Both the position numbers and the translations under genes were made by a program. Below, one piece after another: positions 1-14,444 of a DNA stretch of 64,000 nt; positions within the stretch are counted from its first letter, which is position 1; the number at the start of each line of letters is the position of its first letter. The notes beneath the pieces were generated by a model. That model had not been told where the DNA came from. It worked only from the letters and a program-made list of their open reading frames with translations, and made no database searches. This stretch comes from Octopus sinensis (lineage: Eukaryota), in contig NC_043017.1 of NCBI RefSeq assembly GCF_006345805.1, forward strand, positions 8,804,001 to 8,868,000, given 5' to 3'.

Positions 1-338
1 ACCTGGTGCACCCTTATCAGAGAGGCAGTAATGATGGGCACATCAATCTTCATAAAGGAGGGCACCACCTGCCTCTGCAGATTCACCTTTCTTTCTGAAT
101 GAAACTCAGCAAAGCTCCAGCTGTGTGATTAACAAAGGAGGAAAATATCTGTCCTCAGTTGTTTCATTGGTACAATGCCTTCCACCATAGCCACCCCACA
201 AAGGAAAACTGCCAACAATTTCCTTTCTAAATAGAACTAAAAGAAGCTTTGACCACTAAAAAAGGAGGGAAATATCTGTGTTCGATCATTTCAGTTGTGT
301 TTCCATAAACCCCCTTTCACTGTAACCACTACCCAGAT

Positions 339-428
339 CAGTGGTACTGAACTGGAATCCATCTGACCCCTGGGGTTCATAAAAGATTTTTGGGAGTTCA
401 CACTAGCAAAAAAGTTGGGGACCCACTG
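339..428. mobile_element. Decayed hAT-like MITE
   Basis: CAGTGGTAC...GTTGGGGACCCACTG termini. Similar ends (GGTTGAGAA(A/C)CACTG) occur near 1230-1245 and 34120-34138. No clear target-site duplication. Confidence 0.45.
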
Positions 429-984
429 TAGTATTTTAACTTTTTAGTATTCAGATTACTGTATCAAATGTAATGCTTATTTAATTACAGTTGTTTAATT
501 AATCCTGCATTATCTCATAGCTTTGAAATTCCAATGAGGCAACTGTTTATTTTTTAAAATGATGTTGTAGAATAAATGTAAAAGGCTGGATCTGGCTGGT
601 TTTGAAAGTAAAATAGGTAGATTATCTGGGTTAGATGTGGCCGGTTTAAATGTTAAAGGGTTAAGCAGCCATGAAAAGCTTTGGATTTAAATGTATTGAT
701 ATGTTGCAAGAAACAGCTAGGTTTCCTTCTCTAACATGTTACACAGTTCAATCTTAACAAGTGAATGTGTGAATAACGCTCTTATCCACAATGCTATGCC
801 CACGGGCATATAGCATAGTGGATAAGAGCACGTGTTACTAACCTTTGAATTTTGAATTCAATCCCAGACAGGGACTTGGGAAATAATATCAACAGAAAAA
901 AATAACACCAGTTAAAAAGAATATCTTAAGAATGAGAACAGAGTACCCCATTAGACAAATAAAGGGTTAGGTTTTAAATTCCAA

Positions 985-1035
985 AAGAACATCTGATGAA
1001 GGCTGGAGAGTACATCAGCCGAAATGTGGTAACGA
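985..1035 (+). ncRNA. Hammerhead core with perfect stem II in a Penelope-like tail
   Basis: CTGATGA-A-GGCTG gagagtacat CAGCC-GAAA. The 3' side (TGTGGTAAC) does not give a valid NUH site or stem I. Confidence 0.5.
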
Positions 1036-2999
1036 CAAACAAGGTGAGGACACCTATCCGTCCAATTGTAAATAATGAACATAATACCTCATCTCAAAAA
1101 TATATAGAATAGTATTAACAAAATGGGAACTTGGAAAGAAGTATCTATAAAATTTGTTTTTAAACATCAAACAGCTATGAGGGTCCACCAGAATAAAAAA
1201 GTAATCCAAGGGTTTCATTGATAAATAACGGTTGAGAAACACTGCCCTAGATGAAAACTACCAGCCCTTACCAGCAAATGAAAGGTATTGGAGTAATTTT
1301 TATGATGGACTCAGAGACCAAATGAATCTGGCAAATGATAACCAGCTATTCTCCCTAACTCCACGAATCAGCAATTGCTTGGAGAGTGAACCCTGTGCAC
1401 ACACAATGCATTCAGCATTGTCCTACACACATATTTGATAAGGGTGGTGGGGGATGTTAGGATCAAAACTTTCTAAAGTAATAACAGGTAGATGTAGACA
1501 TTTGGTGTGCGGGAAGCGGGGGGGGGGGGTTCCAGTTGATCCAATCAATGGAGCAGTCAGCTCGTGAAATTAACATGTAAGTGGCTGAGTACCCCACAGA
1601 TGTACCCTTAATGTGGTTCTCAAGGAGATTCAGTACAAACAGAATGTGGCAAGACTGGTCCCTTTGAATTATAGGTACAACTCCTTTTTACCAGCTGAGA
1701 GGACTGGATCGATGTGAAATAAAGGACACAAATTGCCATTGGGAACTGAACTCTCGACCTTACAATTTGGGTGGACTGGAGCAACTTAAAGTGTTTTGCC
1801 CAAGGGTACAATGCACCACGGGGATTTGAACTCTCAACCTTACAATTGTGAGTCGAACACCCTAACCACTAAGACAAGTGTCTTCACAGCAAAAGGAACA
1901 AAAGGCAAATAAGATGCTGGGTGGGGAAAGGGGCAGTGTCTTATTTCCCCATACTACAACCACCTGTCTTTCATTCAAAGGAACTTTTAATAAACAAATA
2001 AATATTTTGGATGCAGATCTGGCTGCATGGTTAAGAAATTAATTTCACAAACACATGGTCTCAGAATTCAGTCCCAATGTGCTGTACCTTGGGCAAGTGT
2101 CTTCTACTATAGCCCTGCAAGGTCATCAATCAATGTTATATGAATAAATATGGTAAACGGAAACTGTAAGGAAGCCCGTTTTGTGTTTGTTTTTGTGTGT
2201 GTGTGCATATGGGTCTTTGTATTTGTTCCCTGCCCCACTGCTTGACTACAGGTGTTGGTTTGTTTATGTCTCTGTAACTTAGTGATTCGGCGAAGGAGAC
2301 TGATAGATTAAGCACCAGACTTGAAGGAAGTCCTCAGGTCAATTTATTTGACTAACACGATAAGTTAGTGCTCCAGTGTGACCACAGTCCAATGACTGAA
2401 AGAAATGGATGACTAAAAGAATAAAAAAAATTCTTAAAATATGAAACGCAAAATGTTCGTGAAGAGAGAGAGAGAGGGGGGGGAGAGAAGGCAACAATAA
2501 AAGAGAGAAGGGGAGGGGGAGAGAGAGATGGTGAGAAAAAAAGATGGCAAGAGAGAGTGAAAGAAACGGCTTAGGGAGAAGATACAACAATAACAACAAC
2601 AAAAGGAAGTATTTGTGTGTTGAAAACAACAACTACAACTATTGTGGGAAAGAAAAAAAGTTACCTTCAGAATAGCAAGATCTGTTATACATCCTACAAC
2701 AACAACGAAGAAGAAGAATCTGCAAATGCAGACTTTTGCAACACTACAAGGAAGTTATATTCAATGTAAACATCAATTAGACACACACACACACAAAACA
2801 GTCTTCCATTGCATACATGCACACACACACACACACACAAAGTGAAGTCTTCTTAAACATATATACACACACAAAATATAGTCAATCATAACACACACAC
2901 GTACATATATGCACACATGCACACACACACACACAAGTACACGTATATAAAAGTAGTCTTCTATTATACAAACACATAGACAAAAGTAAGTTTATCACA

Positions 3000-3030
<31 letters not shown>

Positions 3031-4062
3031 TACAGGCAACATACACACACACACACACACATGTGCATGCACACACATATACACACAAAAGAGAAGCACA
3101 TTGAAATAGCAGCTAAACATCACTGAACTCACACTCTGTTGACTTAAAAAATAAGATAAAAAGAAGGACATTTAACACATTACATAATATAGCACTAGAT
3201 ATCCCTAAAAATCAAGGAATGATCAATCACAGCTAGAATGCCTTTGATCAATGAAGGCTGACCAAGGGCTAAACAACATTAACAAATATACACATATTAC
3301 ACAAACAACAACAACTAAAATAGGGGGGAAAAAAAGTCATCAACTTACAAATTATGATAATCCAAAGTAATAGGTTAAAAGTCCTTAATTTTTCCATTGT
3401 AAATTAGAACATTCCAGCATAGTCCCTCCTCTGTGTGTGTGTGTATGTAGTTACAGAGAAAGGGAACAGCTAGAGAGAGGGGAGATGGTGAGGTATGTGT
3501 GTACACTGCTGTCCCTTTGATTCTGATTGTTTATAGGGGACAGCTGAGCAATGCGTGCTCTGTTTGTGTATGTGTTCTTTATGCTCACCAAACTTTGTAA
3601 ATGTCATGAAATGTTATATATATACATATATATACTCTGTGTGTGTGTGTGTGTTAAGAGAAAAGAGTAACTGAGTAGAAACAGCTAAGTTTTAGCTTTA
3701 AATATCACTTAATATACTGTATTGAGTACCCTCTCGTGGATATGTACGCATGTGTGAATACACTAACAGGCACCTATTCCCCTATATGTGTATGTATATA
3801 TATATATATATATAGATGAGAGAAGATATGTATGAATAAGGATGTATATAAGTGGGAGTCAATGCCTTGTATGTCAAGATGTGGCTAAGATATCAATTCC
3901 ACTTTTTTTTAAAATTCCAAAAATTTCAAAAGAGATCAGATTTAATTCCAGCTCTCTTTTCTATAATAGTTTTCCACATGAAAATTTCCTTGCCTTAGAA
4001 TATCAGATCTATATATGTAGCGTTTCTGTGTGTGAAAAAGTATATATAAGTGTGTGTGTGTG

Positions 4063-4097
<35 letters not shown>

Positions 4098-4384
4098 CGT
4101 GTATTTGTGTTAAAAAGTTGAAGAAAAAAATGGTGTATATAGATATATAACAAACAAATATATAAATAGATATAAATACATGTAAATCTGTGTGTATGTG
4201 GAGAGATAGATAGATAGATAAATAGATATGTCAATTTGTGTGTGGACAATTAATTTTGAAGATTGTATATGTAATTATGTACAATTCCGCCTTGAATAAA
4301 TAAAATGCGTGTGTATGTGTGTATGTGTGTATCAAAATACAAATGTGATAAAAAAAGTCTATATTGCCTCCTTTTTTCTAAGTC

Positions 4385-4415
<31 letters not shown>

Positions 4416-5173
4416 CTTACTTGGAAGAGGATGCATACACAAAATACATATATATAGTATGTTTCAAAAATATATACAGATAAATATGTATAATAACGTG
4501 AGCAAATATATTTATATATGTTTTTCTATATACATATGTTTGTATGTGTGTATTTATATATTATGTTTGCTCTACTGCGATATGAATGGATGAGGGGTTT
4601 GTGTTGCATATATGTGCTTGTGTGTGTGACTGAACAGAGAGCACAGCAAGTTATAGTGTGTCACTGGTACAGGTGCTGATAGTCAACTGATCTGGTGACC
4701 CACACAGGTAGATTACAGAGGTATACAGGTTCACCAAAGTAGAAAGAAGACAGGCAGTCATTGAGCAGCAGTTAAGGCAGGACAGTGGCGGCAGCGGCGG
4801 CGGCGATGGTGATGGTGAGAAAGAAGAGAAGTAGGAGACAGGATTTGGTGTGGTGGTGGTTGTAAGGAAGGAAAAAAGCAAAGGTGAAAGTAGTAGTAGT
4901 AGTAGTAGTAGTAGTAACAGTAGGAGTCCTGAGACCACTTGATGACAACTTTGAAATACATCAGCAGCAGCTGCTTTGACAGGTTTGCTTTCATGTGTAT
5001 GCGCATAGCATGTGTATGTGTGTGTATATATATATACATACTCACACACACACATACACATATATATAGAGAGAGAACATTGTACTTATTCTGTGTGTGT
5101 GTGTGTGTATACACACACACACACAGAGTACTGTACAAATTATTGTTTGTGTTTGTGTGTGTATGTATGTGTA

Positions 5174-5208
<35 letters not shown>

Positions 5209-5286
5209 GCATGTGTGTGAGTATATTATTGCATGTGCATAAGTGTGCATGCATGTATACTATCAGATGTGTGTGTGTGTAACTAT

Positions 5287-5330
<44 letters not shown>

Positions 5331-5500
5331 ATATAATATATATATGATAGTTACACACACATCTGATAGTATACATGCATGCACACCCATATATATATAT
5401 ATATGTATGTATGTATATAGTCAATTCAATGAACAATCAATTCAAAAAAGAAAAGAAAAAAAAAACGAACATTAGTTTGATGCTTAGTGAATGGAGAGAG

Positions 5501-5536
5501 TTTTTAATGTTTTGAGCATGGCTCTTCATCGGAAAG
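5501..5536 (-). ncRNA. Degenerate hammerhead-like motif (family 1)
   Basis: Minus strand: CTTT-CCGATGA-A-GAGC cat GCTC-AAAA-CA-TT-AAAA. Flanks are homologous to 51240-51400; G12 replaced by A. Confidence 0.5.
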
Positions 5537-5973
5537 GAGAAAGGGAAATGTCCAAAGAAGAAGGAAAATTGTCAATGGTCCATGTGTGGTTATATATATA
5601 TGTATATAATTTATTTCGTTTTGGGATTTGGTTTGCAAAATTCTTTAAGTGAGTTTGTGTTGAATTTATTATTACTATATGTATACTAAGGTGGTGAGCT
5701 GGCAGAATCGTTAACCAAGATTGACTTTGCTTTTCATCCTTTCGGGATAAAATAAGTACCAGTCATGCATTGGGCTTCAATGTAATCGATTGTCCCCTCC
5801 CCTCAAAATTTCAGACCTTGTGCCTATCGCAGAAAGAATGATTACATGTATGCTATTTGTATGTGTGTATGTATACACATGTGCTGGTGTGAAATGGTAT
5901 TGTGCAATGTGTGGATGCATGTGCTTTTCTGTATGTATGCTTGTATCTGTGTTTTGCTGTATGTAAATGTACA

Positions 5974-6006
<33 letters not shown>

Positions 6007-7319
6007 GTATTCATAAATGAAGGCATGTGGCTTAGTGGTTAGGGTATTTGGTTCATGATCGTATGGTTGTGAGTTCAATTCCCGGCAGTGAACTGTGTCC
6101 TTGAGCATGACACTTTATTTCATGCTGGTGTACAGGTGACACGTAAAAAAAACACAATTTTTTTGTGGCCATTGCCAGTACCGCCTGACTGGCCCTTGTG
6201 CTGGTGGCACGTAAAAGCACCCACTACACTCTCAGAGTGGTTGGCATTAGGAAAGGCATCCAGCTGTATTCAGGCCTTCTTTCTACATTAAAAGCCATTA
6301 TTTTTTTTTTAAGTCAACGAACCAAATCCAAAGGTGAGGGTCATGATTTAGGCTTAAAGTTAAGGTTTAAAGTAAGGGTTACGATTACACTGGGCAACAA
6401 AGATTTTGTTACTGGGGTAAAAGCATGTGTTTTAGACTAAATTGAAGATGCTGATTCCTAATTCGCACTCTGCCAGATCAAGACTGGAGCCTGGTGCAGC
6501 CATCTGGTTCGCCAGTCCTCAGTCAATTTGTCCAACCCATGCTAGCATGGAAAGCAGACGTTAAACGATGATGATGATGATGATGTTACTGTCCTCTCAG
6601 CTGGCATTAATGAGTTGTACCTGTAATTCACAAGGGCCAGCCTTGTCGCATTCTTTGTCATGTTGAATCTTCCTGAGAACTATGTTAAGGGTACATGTGT
6701 CTGTGGAGTAACCACTTGCGTGTTAATTTCACGAGCAGGCTGTTCTGTTGATCAGATCAAATGGAACCCTCATCGTCGTAAGTGACGGGGTGCCATTACA
6801 TGTTATACTTGTACAAACCCAACGTCAACCCCGATTGAACAAGCTTATGATCAAAGACCATCCTCCTGTTTTAGATGTATGTAGAACCACTGTATCCAAT
6901 GTGTTTCTTCCTTCTTTAGAACAGTAGTAGTGTGTGATTTGAGAGAGATTTGACTACTATTTCTAGCAGATCAAGTGACCACATAGAATAGAAATTTATC
7001 TCTAGCTTGTTATGTGACTATATATACATGCTGTATATGTATGTAGATATATGTGTATATAATTTTATGTGCATGCATATATTATTGTATGTCTAAGTGC
7101 ACATTATTGTGTGTGTGTGTGTGTGTGTATATATTATGTGTGTGTATGTATATGCATGTGTTGCATGTATGTGAATTGCTGCATGTTTAAGTATGCGAGG
7201 GTGGGTGGGGTGGGGGTGATGGCAGCCAACTTAGTTTTAACACTTGTGCCAAGAGGCTTTTGCAAGTGGTGGGGGTGTTGGGATGAGAGGGGGAGGGGAG
7301 AGGAGGAAGTAGGGAGGGC

Positions 7320-7740
7320 AAGAAACACCACCACCACAAAGACTAAAGGAACAAGGACCATACTTCCTGAACCGCCCCTCCCCCCACCCACACATGCACC
7401 CTCCCCTTTCCCCACCCCATTACCACAACTCTAACCTTTTGTGTGATCACCACCACTGTACCTACCATTATAACCACTACCACCACCACTACTATCACCA
7501 CCACCACATCATCATCACTACATCACCCCCACCACCGAATCATTACTGCCATCACTGCCAACACCATCACCACCAGTACTACTACCACCACCATCACCCT
7601 ACCTCATCACCATTACCACTGCAGCCACCATTATCACCATATACCACTATCCACATCACACCGTCCTCATCACTATTGCCACCACCATCACCACTAAACA
7701 TCAATATCACTTCCTCCACCACCACCACCACCACAAAGCT
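7320..7740. repeat. Degenerate (ACC/ATC)n trinucleotide low-complexity tract (representative)
   Basis: Seen directly. Similar tracts occur at 9470-9720, 22490-22860, 39900-40480 and 45590-45830; they generate the His/Thr/Val-rich pseudo-ORFs. Confidence 0.9.
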
Positions 7741-8329
7741 ATTTGTCTTCCCACCCCATTCCACAGTCTTGTACAGTTGCAGAACCTTTGTTACATAGAC
7801 AGAGACGGTGGGGGTGGAGGTAAGGAAAGTGTAGGAGGTTGTGGGGGAGGGAGAAATCAGGGAAATGAGGATCGGAATAGAGGTGGGTGGCCATGTGCAA
7901 AGTAGAAGTGGTGTTGTTTTAATTTGACAGATGCCCAGTGCAGCGGGGAGTGATGGGCGGGGGGAGGGGGTCCTGATGCGTACACGTGTGTGAGTGAACT
8001 GTTTTGTCTATGTATGTATTTTATGTAAGCATGTGTGTGTATGCATGTGTATATATGTGTGTGTGTGTGTGTGCACATGTATGTATGCATGCGTGTGTGT
8101 ATATGTGTGTGTGGTATCTATGCATCTATGTATATATATGTATGTATTTGTTTGAGGGTTTATTTAAGTTCTCCCCCCCACCTTTGCAGCTTTCAATCTG
8201 GTCGCTAATATTGGCAAGGCTCTTTTGTTGTAAGTCATAACAGTTCTTCAAGGTTTTGTGGTTATCTGAATTGGCTGATGTACACATTTGTTTATTGTGT
8301 GTGTGCATGTATAGGTGTGCTGATAAACT

Positions 8330-8790
8330 CGACAGCCATACAATATGTCCTGATTGTCATACTGTGACCATTACAGTCTACCCAGACCATCACAATGTAC
8401 CCATACAATATGTCTAAACCGTCATATTGAAACTATGCAAACTGTCCAAACTGTCACATACAATATGTCCAGACCATCACACCATGGGCATACAATATAT
8501 CCAGACAGCCACAGTCTACTCACACAATATCTAAACTGTCATCTGTACACATGCAACATGTCCAGACTGTCACACTATACCCATACAATTTGTCCAAACC
8601 ATCATACCATGACCTTACAATATATCCAAACTGTTTTAACAGACCCACCCATACAATATCTAAACTGTCGTCCTGTGCCCATGCAATATGCCCCGGACAG
8701 TCACATTGTGCCTATACAAAATGTCCAGTCTCTCACATTGGACCCATACATTACGTCTAGATCATCACACTGTATCTATACAACGTTTTG
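8330..8790. repeat. Degenerate minisatellite, about 30-bp unit
   Basis: Recurrent CCATACAATATGTCCAGAC(T/C)GTCAC-like units; this explains the ORFs at 8354..8791 and 8551..8760. Confidence 0.75.
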
Positions 8791-11160
8791 ACTTTCACAC
8801 TGTGTACCTCATATGATTCCTCACTAAATGTCAGTGTGTACAATCCGGCCCCTTCTCTAGGTGGAAACATAAACCCCACAACTTTCATCATCATCATCAT
8901 AAACAATAGCAAAAACATCAACGCAACACTACAAATTATCTCATAAGCAATTCTCTCAAAATCACATTCCGCATCTACAAAAATAAAAAATATTAAAAAA
9001 ATACTCAGTGTGCTGCCCTAGAATGGCCACAATCTAATGACTAAAATTAGTCAAAGAATTCAGGAATATTCGCCATTATACCCAACCTCCTGGAAATAAC
9101 AGCTAAATTTTGCTTATAATCACAGTTTATCTTCTTTGAAGAGGGAAAGGATACATCTGATGTAGTCAGTCTGCTGAAAATACCCTTAAAAAGACAAGAT
9201 AGTCATGGGTAGAATGTCACTGATCACAGTTATACTTGATCAGGGGGTGACCTGGGGTTTAAACATGACCACCACCGACTAACATTTACAGCACCATAAG
9301 CCCACAATCTTGCATGTGGCTGTCCAACTGGCTAGAAATAGCATCTAAGTCCCTCTCAAACCAGAACCTACTACCTTTTATAAGTCTGCTCAAAAAGATG
9401 TCCCAGGGTTAAACTCCAAAAAAGGGAAGGCCTAGAACATTAACAACATTGAGGTTAAATTGACATTTACAGTGTGGTGGTGATGGTTGTAGCATTGCCA
9501 GTGGTGGTGGTGGTGGTGGTATTGTGGAGTATTGATGGTATTGGTGGTTACAGCATTACCGATGGTTGTTATATTGGTGGTGGTGATGGTATTGGTGATA
9601 GTGGGGTTGTGGTATTGATGTTGGTGGCAGTGGTTGTAGTACTGACGGTGGTGGGTGGTAGTGGTGGTGGTTGTGTAGTAGCATTGCTAGTGGTTGTCAT
9701 ATAGGTGGTGGTAGTGCTAGCAACAAATAGGTAGGATGAGAATGGGAGGAGGAGAAAGAGGGAAGGTTGGTGGATGGGTGGAAGAAGAGGAGGAGACTAC
9801 AAGGATGAGAAGGTTTGGAGTGGACTTTTCTCACTGCATTCTTAATGAAGTTAAGCCAACCGAGGCATAGCGTAAAACTAAGGTTGACCGTTAACTGGAT
9901 ATGGTCCAATGGGTGGAAACGAACACCCAGCCTACAGGATTCTCCATCACCAACCACCACCACCACCACCACTGGCTTCATCAATTGCTGACTTTTTTTT
10001 CGTATGTGAACCTTTTCCATTCTCTCTTCCATCCTAAACATTTATGCACACACACACACACACACATTCTTATACACAAATCAACCATCACACACACACA
10101 TTTGTATACACAATCAGATATCACACAGAGACAGACACACACAATCAGATATGATACACACACACACATTTATAGGCATGCAGACAGTCAGATATCACAT
10201 ACACACACACAAGTCAGACATCAAGCATACATACACATATATACACACATACACAATTTAAATACAAACACAGTCTCACACTATATATACACATTTACAC
10301 ACATGAAGTTGATGAGAAAACCTCTACATGATTGCTTCACTTTCTAAAAAGAGCAGCCAAATATCCGTCTTTTAAAAGAAATAGGAAGAACATATTGAAT
10401 AATGCAGTCCTTTATATTACAAAAAAAAAGGTCAGGACAGTCATGGCTGGAATACCCTTTGGATCATATGTCTGCTCAGTTACCACTCACCTAAACTTCA
10501 TCATTATCATCATAACCATTGTTTTAATGTCCATTTTTCCATGCTCACATGGGTCCCATGGAACTTGCTGAGACAAATTTCCTACAGCTGTATGCCCTTC
10601 CTGTCACCAATCCTCACTCGTTTCCAAATCAGGTAATATTGCCCATGCACGGCCTGGCATGTTTTCATGGAAGATTGGAAACAAAGGACACTGCTCACAT
10701 GACGGAGACAACCACGACTACCTCATGATGTGAAGGCAGTAAGATGGTAACACATAGACACACACATACGAGACACACACACGCACACACGCGCGCGCGC
10801 ATCACATGACACACAAACACATGTATGACACACACATACCCCACACACAAACATCACCACAATCGCCACAAAAGTCTACACCATTTGTATCACACAATAT
10901 CAAGTTATTGTCAAAGCCTCATATGGTCGCTTAACCTGCTAAAAAAATAAGCAGCCAAATCTCCCTCAAAGAAAAAAAAAGAAAGTAAAAGTACTTAATG
11001 AACAATGTGATAATACATAAACTCTAAATTGATGAAATGGGCACAGCTGGACAGTCTGTGATGATAGGTCAGCAAATGACTAGTTAGCAACACACACACT
11101 CACATATAAACAAATACTTATACAAATAGACACATACACACACACACACACACACATATA

Positions 11161-11210
<50 letters not shown>

Positions 11211-12055
11211 TATACAAATACACACACACCCATATATATGTTATACCCACACACAATTACATACTACACACTACACACACACACACATACACTTCAGGAA
11301 GTTTATGGTTAGATGAAACTCTAAGATATGAGCCTGGTTGAAATTGAAGCAATAAGTAAACTAGTAGACTTGTTTTTTGTTTTGTTTTTTTCCTTATTTT
11401 CATTATTCAAAATAACAATAGCCATGTTGTATTGAGATCAAGATACTAGTGACTGTCTCACAGGAACCCTAGCAGAGATCCATATCAAGCAGGAATTGAA
11501 CACAAAGATTAGAATAATCTTGGGAAAGAAGGGTGGGAACTGGCAGAAATACGTAAAGGTTTATTTGTACTACTATTACGATAAATTCCCCGCTTCTCTT
11601 ATTACATGGTAAAGTTGTAGGGGGTTTTTAAGTATATATGTACTGTACGTATGTGTGTGTGATTTGGGGGCAATTTGCTGTTCTCATTACTATCACTGAT
11701 AGACTTAAGAAAATTTTAACAGCTAGCATTTTTAGTTTGGCAGTCAAGGAGTGTGTTTTGTTTTTTCATGTTTGTTACAAGTGTATGTTATCTATGTTGT
11801 CTTGTTTGGTGGGGAGGGGTATCTGTTTTCCTTTTTGTTGGTTTTTGGCGGGGTTTCTTTAATATTGTGTCAAGACGAACAAATGGCTGTGTGTTTGAAA
11901 CATTTACTTTCCTAAAAACTATCTGGTTTCTGGTTCAGTCCCACTGCGGGGCACCTTGGGCAAGTGTCTTCTATTATAACACTGGGCCAAACAAAGCCTT
12001 GTGAGCATATATAGTAGACAGAAATTGAAAGAAGCCCATTGTTTGATGTTGATGA

Positions 12056-12141
<86 letters not shown>

Positions 12142-14243
12142 GTCATCATCATCATCCTTGTTTAACGTCAGCTTTCCGTGCTGGCATAAGTTAGGCGATT
12201 TGACAAGAACCGGCCAGATAGAAGACTACACCAGGCTATACTGTGTCTGCTTTGGTTTTTACGGCTGGATGCCCTTCCCAAAACCAACGACCCCACAGAG
12301 TGTTTTTAACATGACACCAACACAGGCATGGTCAGTTTCAGAGTGGTTTTTATAGTTGGATGCCTTTCCAAATGCCAACCACTTTATATACAGCTTAGTG
12401 GTTAGGGTGTGAATGGGTTTGGTAGATGGAAACTGAGCAGAAGCCCATGGTGTATGTGTGTGTGTGTTTCTGTCCTGCCCCATTACTGCTTGACAATTGG
12501 TGATGGTTTATTTACATCACTGTATCTTAGCAGTTCAGCAAAAGAGACTGATAGAAGTAACAAACTTTGAAGAAAAGAAAAGTACTTGGGGTAAGGAGGG
12601 GGAGTCAGTTTGTTTAACTAAACCTTTGAAGGTGGTGCCCCAGCATGGCCAACAAGTAATGGGTAAAAGATTAAAAGATTTGTTTTTCTATGCTTGCAAG
12701 GGCATGGATGGATTCATGACAATCCACCACCACCACCATCTTATATGAATCTTATGTTGGATAGAATGCTTGGTGCTATGTAAAAGACACTGGTGCCGGT
12801 TTCACATAAAAGTCACTCAGTACATGTTGCCAAGTGGTTGGCATCAGGAAGGGTGATCCGACTGTAGAAACCATCCCAAAACAGATTATAAAACCTGGTG
12901 CAGCTCCTGGCCTTGTCAGCTCTTGTCAAGCCATCCAACCCATGCCAGCATGGAAAATGGACGTTAAATGATGGTGATGATGATATGTTCTCTGTGCTTT
13001 AAGTTCAAATCCTGCTGTGGTCAACTCTGATTTTCAGGGTTTGATGAAGTACCATAAAACAAGCACTTAGGACTTAGGATATGAACTTTCCAGATGCTAA
13101 TCTTAGAATCCTCACAAGACATACAGACAGAACCCCCCACCCTGCACCACCACTGCCTCCACTCCACCTTATGGAAATAATAGTGATGATGATGATGATG
13201 ATGCAGATGACAGTAGTTCCTGCAATGATACTGGTGCTGGTGATGATTCTGGCCAAATTTTCTTCTCAGCAACCCCATCACCAACACCAAACACTGACAC
13301 ACACCCGTCACTGCAGTTGACACTGTACAGTGAAGTCAATTAATGGACAAGCTTAGACAAACAATAACTACAACACGTACAACATAGAGTAATATTGGCA
13401 TCACAATACTCTCTCTCTCTCTCTCTCGCTCCCCTCTATCTATGACTATCATTCTCTTTCTCTCACCACACATACTCTCATTCTCCTCGTCTTCATCTCT
13501 CTGTCTCTATTCTTTCTCTCTATTCTATTTGTCTATCCATCTATCTGTCTTACACATCCTTTCTCCCCCTCCAAGCCTCTCTCTCTCTCTCACACACACA
13601 CCACACACACACACACACACTTACATACACACTCAATTTCTTACCATCCCTCTCTCTGTTATCTTACACACAATCTCCTTATATATACCCTCTCACTTTA
13701 ATGCACATACGCACACAAAGTGCAGAATATGTTTATGTCTTTCACACAACTCTTACACACCACTACCACCACCAGTTACTACTACTTCTACTACTATTAC
13801 TCCAACCACAAGTACTGCTGTCACAACAAACACCACCACCACCAAAACTGCCACTATGACTAAAGTAACTAGGACCCCCTTTTCTAATACCAGCACTACT
13901 GGTGTTAATTTTCAACTCTAAGTCAACAATTAAAGGAATTCCTGCCATGACCATTCCATCTGTTTTACATATATGTATATTACAGCACCAACCAGACTAT
14001 TGGATGTCATCATACACCGCTGGTCACAGTGTGCTTCACATTGTTTTAGCTTTCAAATGATACCACCCCACCAGCTCGGAGAGCAGGCCAATATTCCCTC
14101 TGGTCAGAAAGCTATTCCTTCACAGGGTGACCCATATATAGCTGTCTCCAAGCAAGGTAATATTTCCTCATGATGAGATATGTTTTCTGTGATAGGGCTG
14201 GAAACAAACAACCTCACTTATAATGATGATGATTTTTATTTGC

Positions 14244-14444
14244 AACCATCCTTTGATGTCCAGACAACGACATGCACACACACACACAAACACATTCACA
14301 TTCATACATATAATACAAAAGGCTTCTTTCAGTTTCCATCTACCAAACCATCCCTTGATGTCCAGACAACAGCATGCACACACACAAACACATTCACATT
14401 CATACATATAATACAAAAGGCTTCTTTCAGTTTTCATCTACCAA
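14244..14444. repeat. About 102-bp tandem duplication
   Basis: AACCATCCYTTGATGTCCAGACAAC...GGCTTCTTTCAGTTT(C/T)CATCTACCAA starts at 14244 and 14346. Confidence 0.85.

Noticed and set aside
3665-3700. CTGAGTA-GAAA-CAGCTA as a hammerhead
   Set aside because: No stem II and a non-matching core.
4651-4800. Cys-containing frame with LNDC, resembling Notch HLNDAC
   Set aside because: No EGF cysteine spacing in any frame and no suitable splice sites.
10770-10800. (CA)n(CG)n Z-DNA-prone tract (also near 37015)
   Set aside because: Short, and expected in a genome this rich in alternating purine-pyrimidine repeats.
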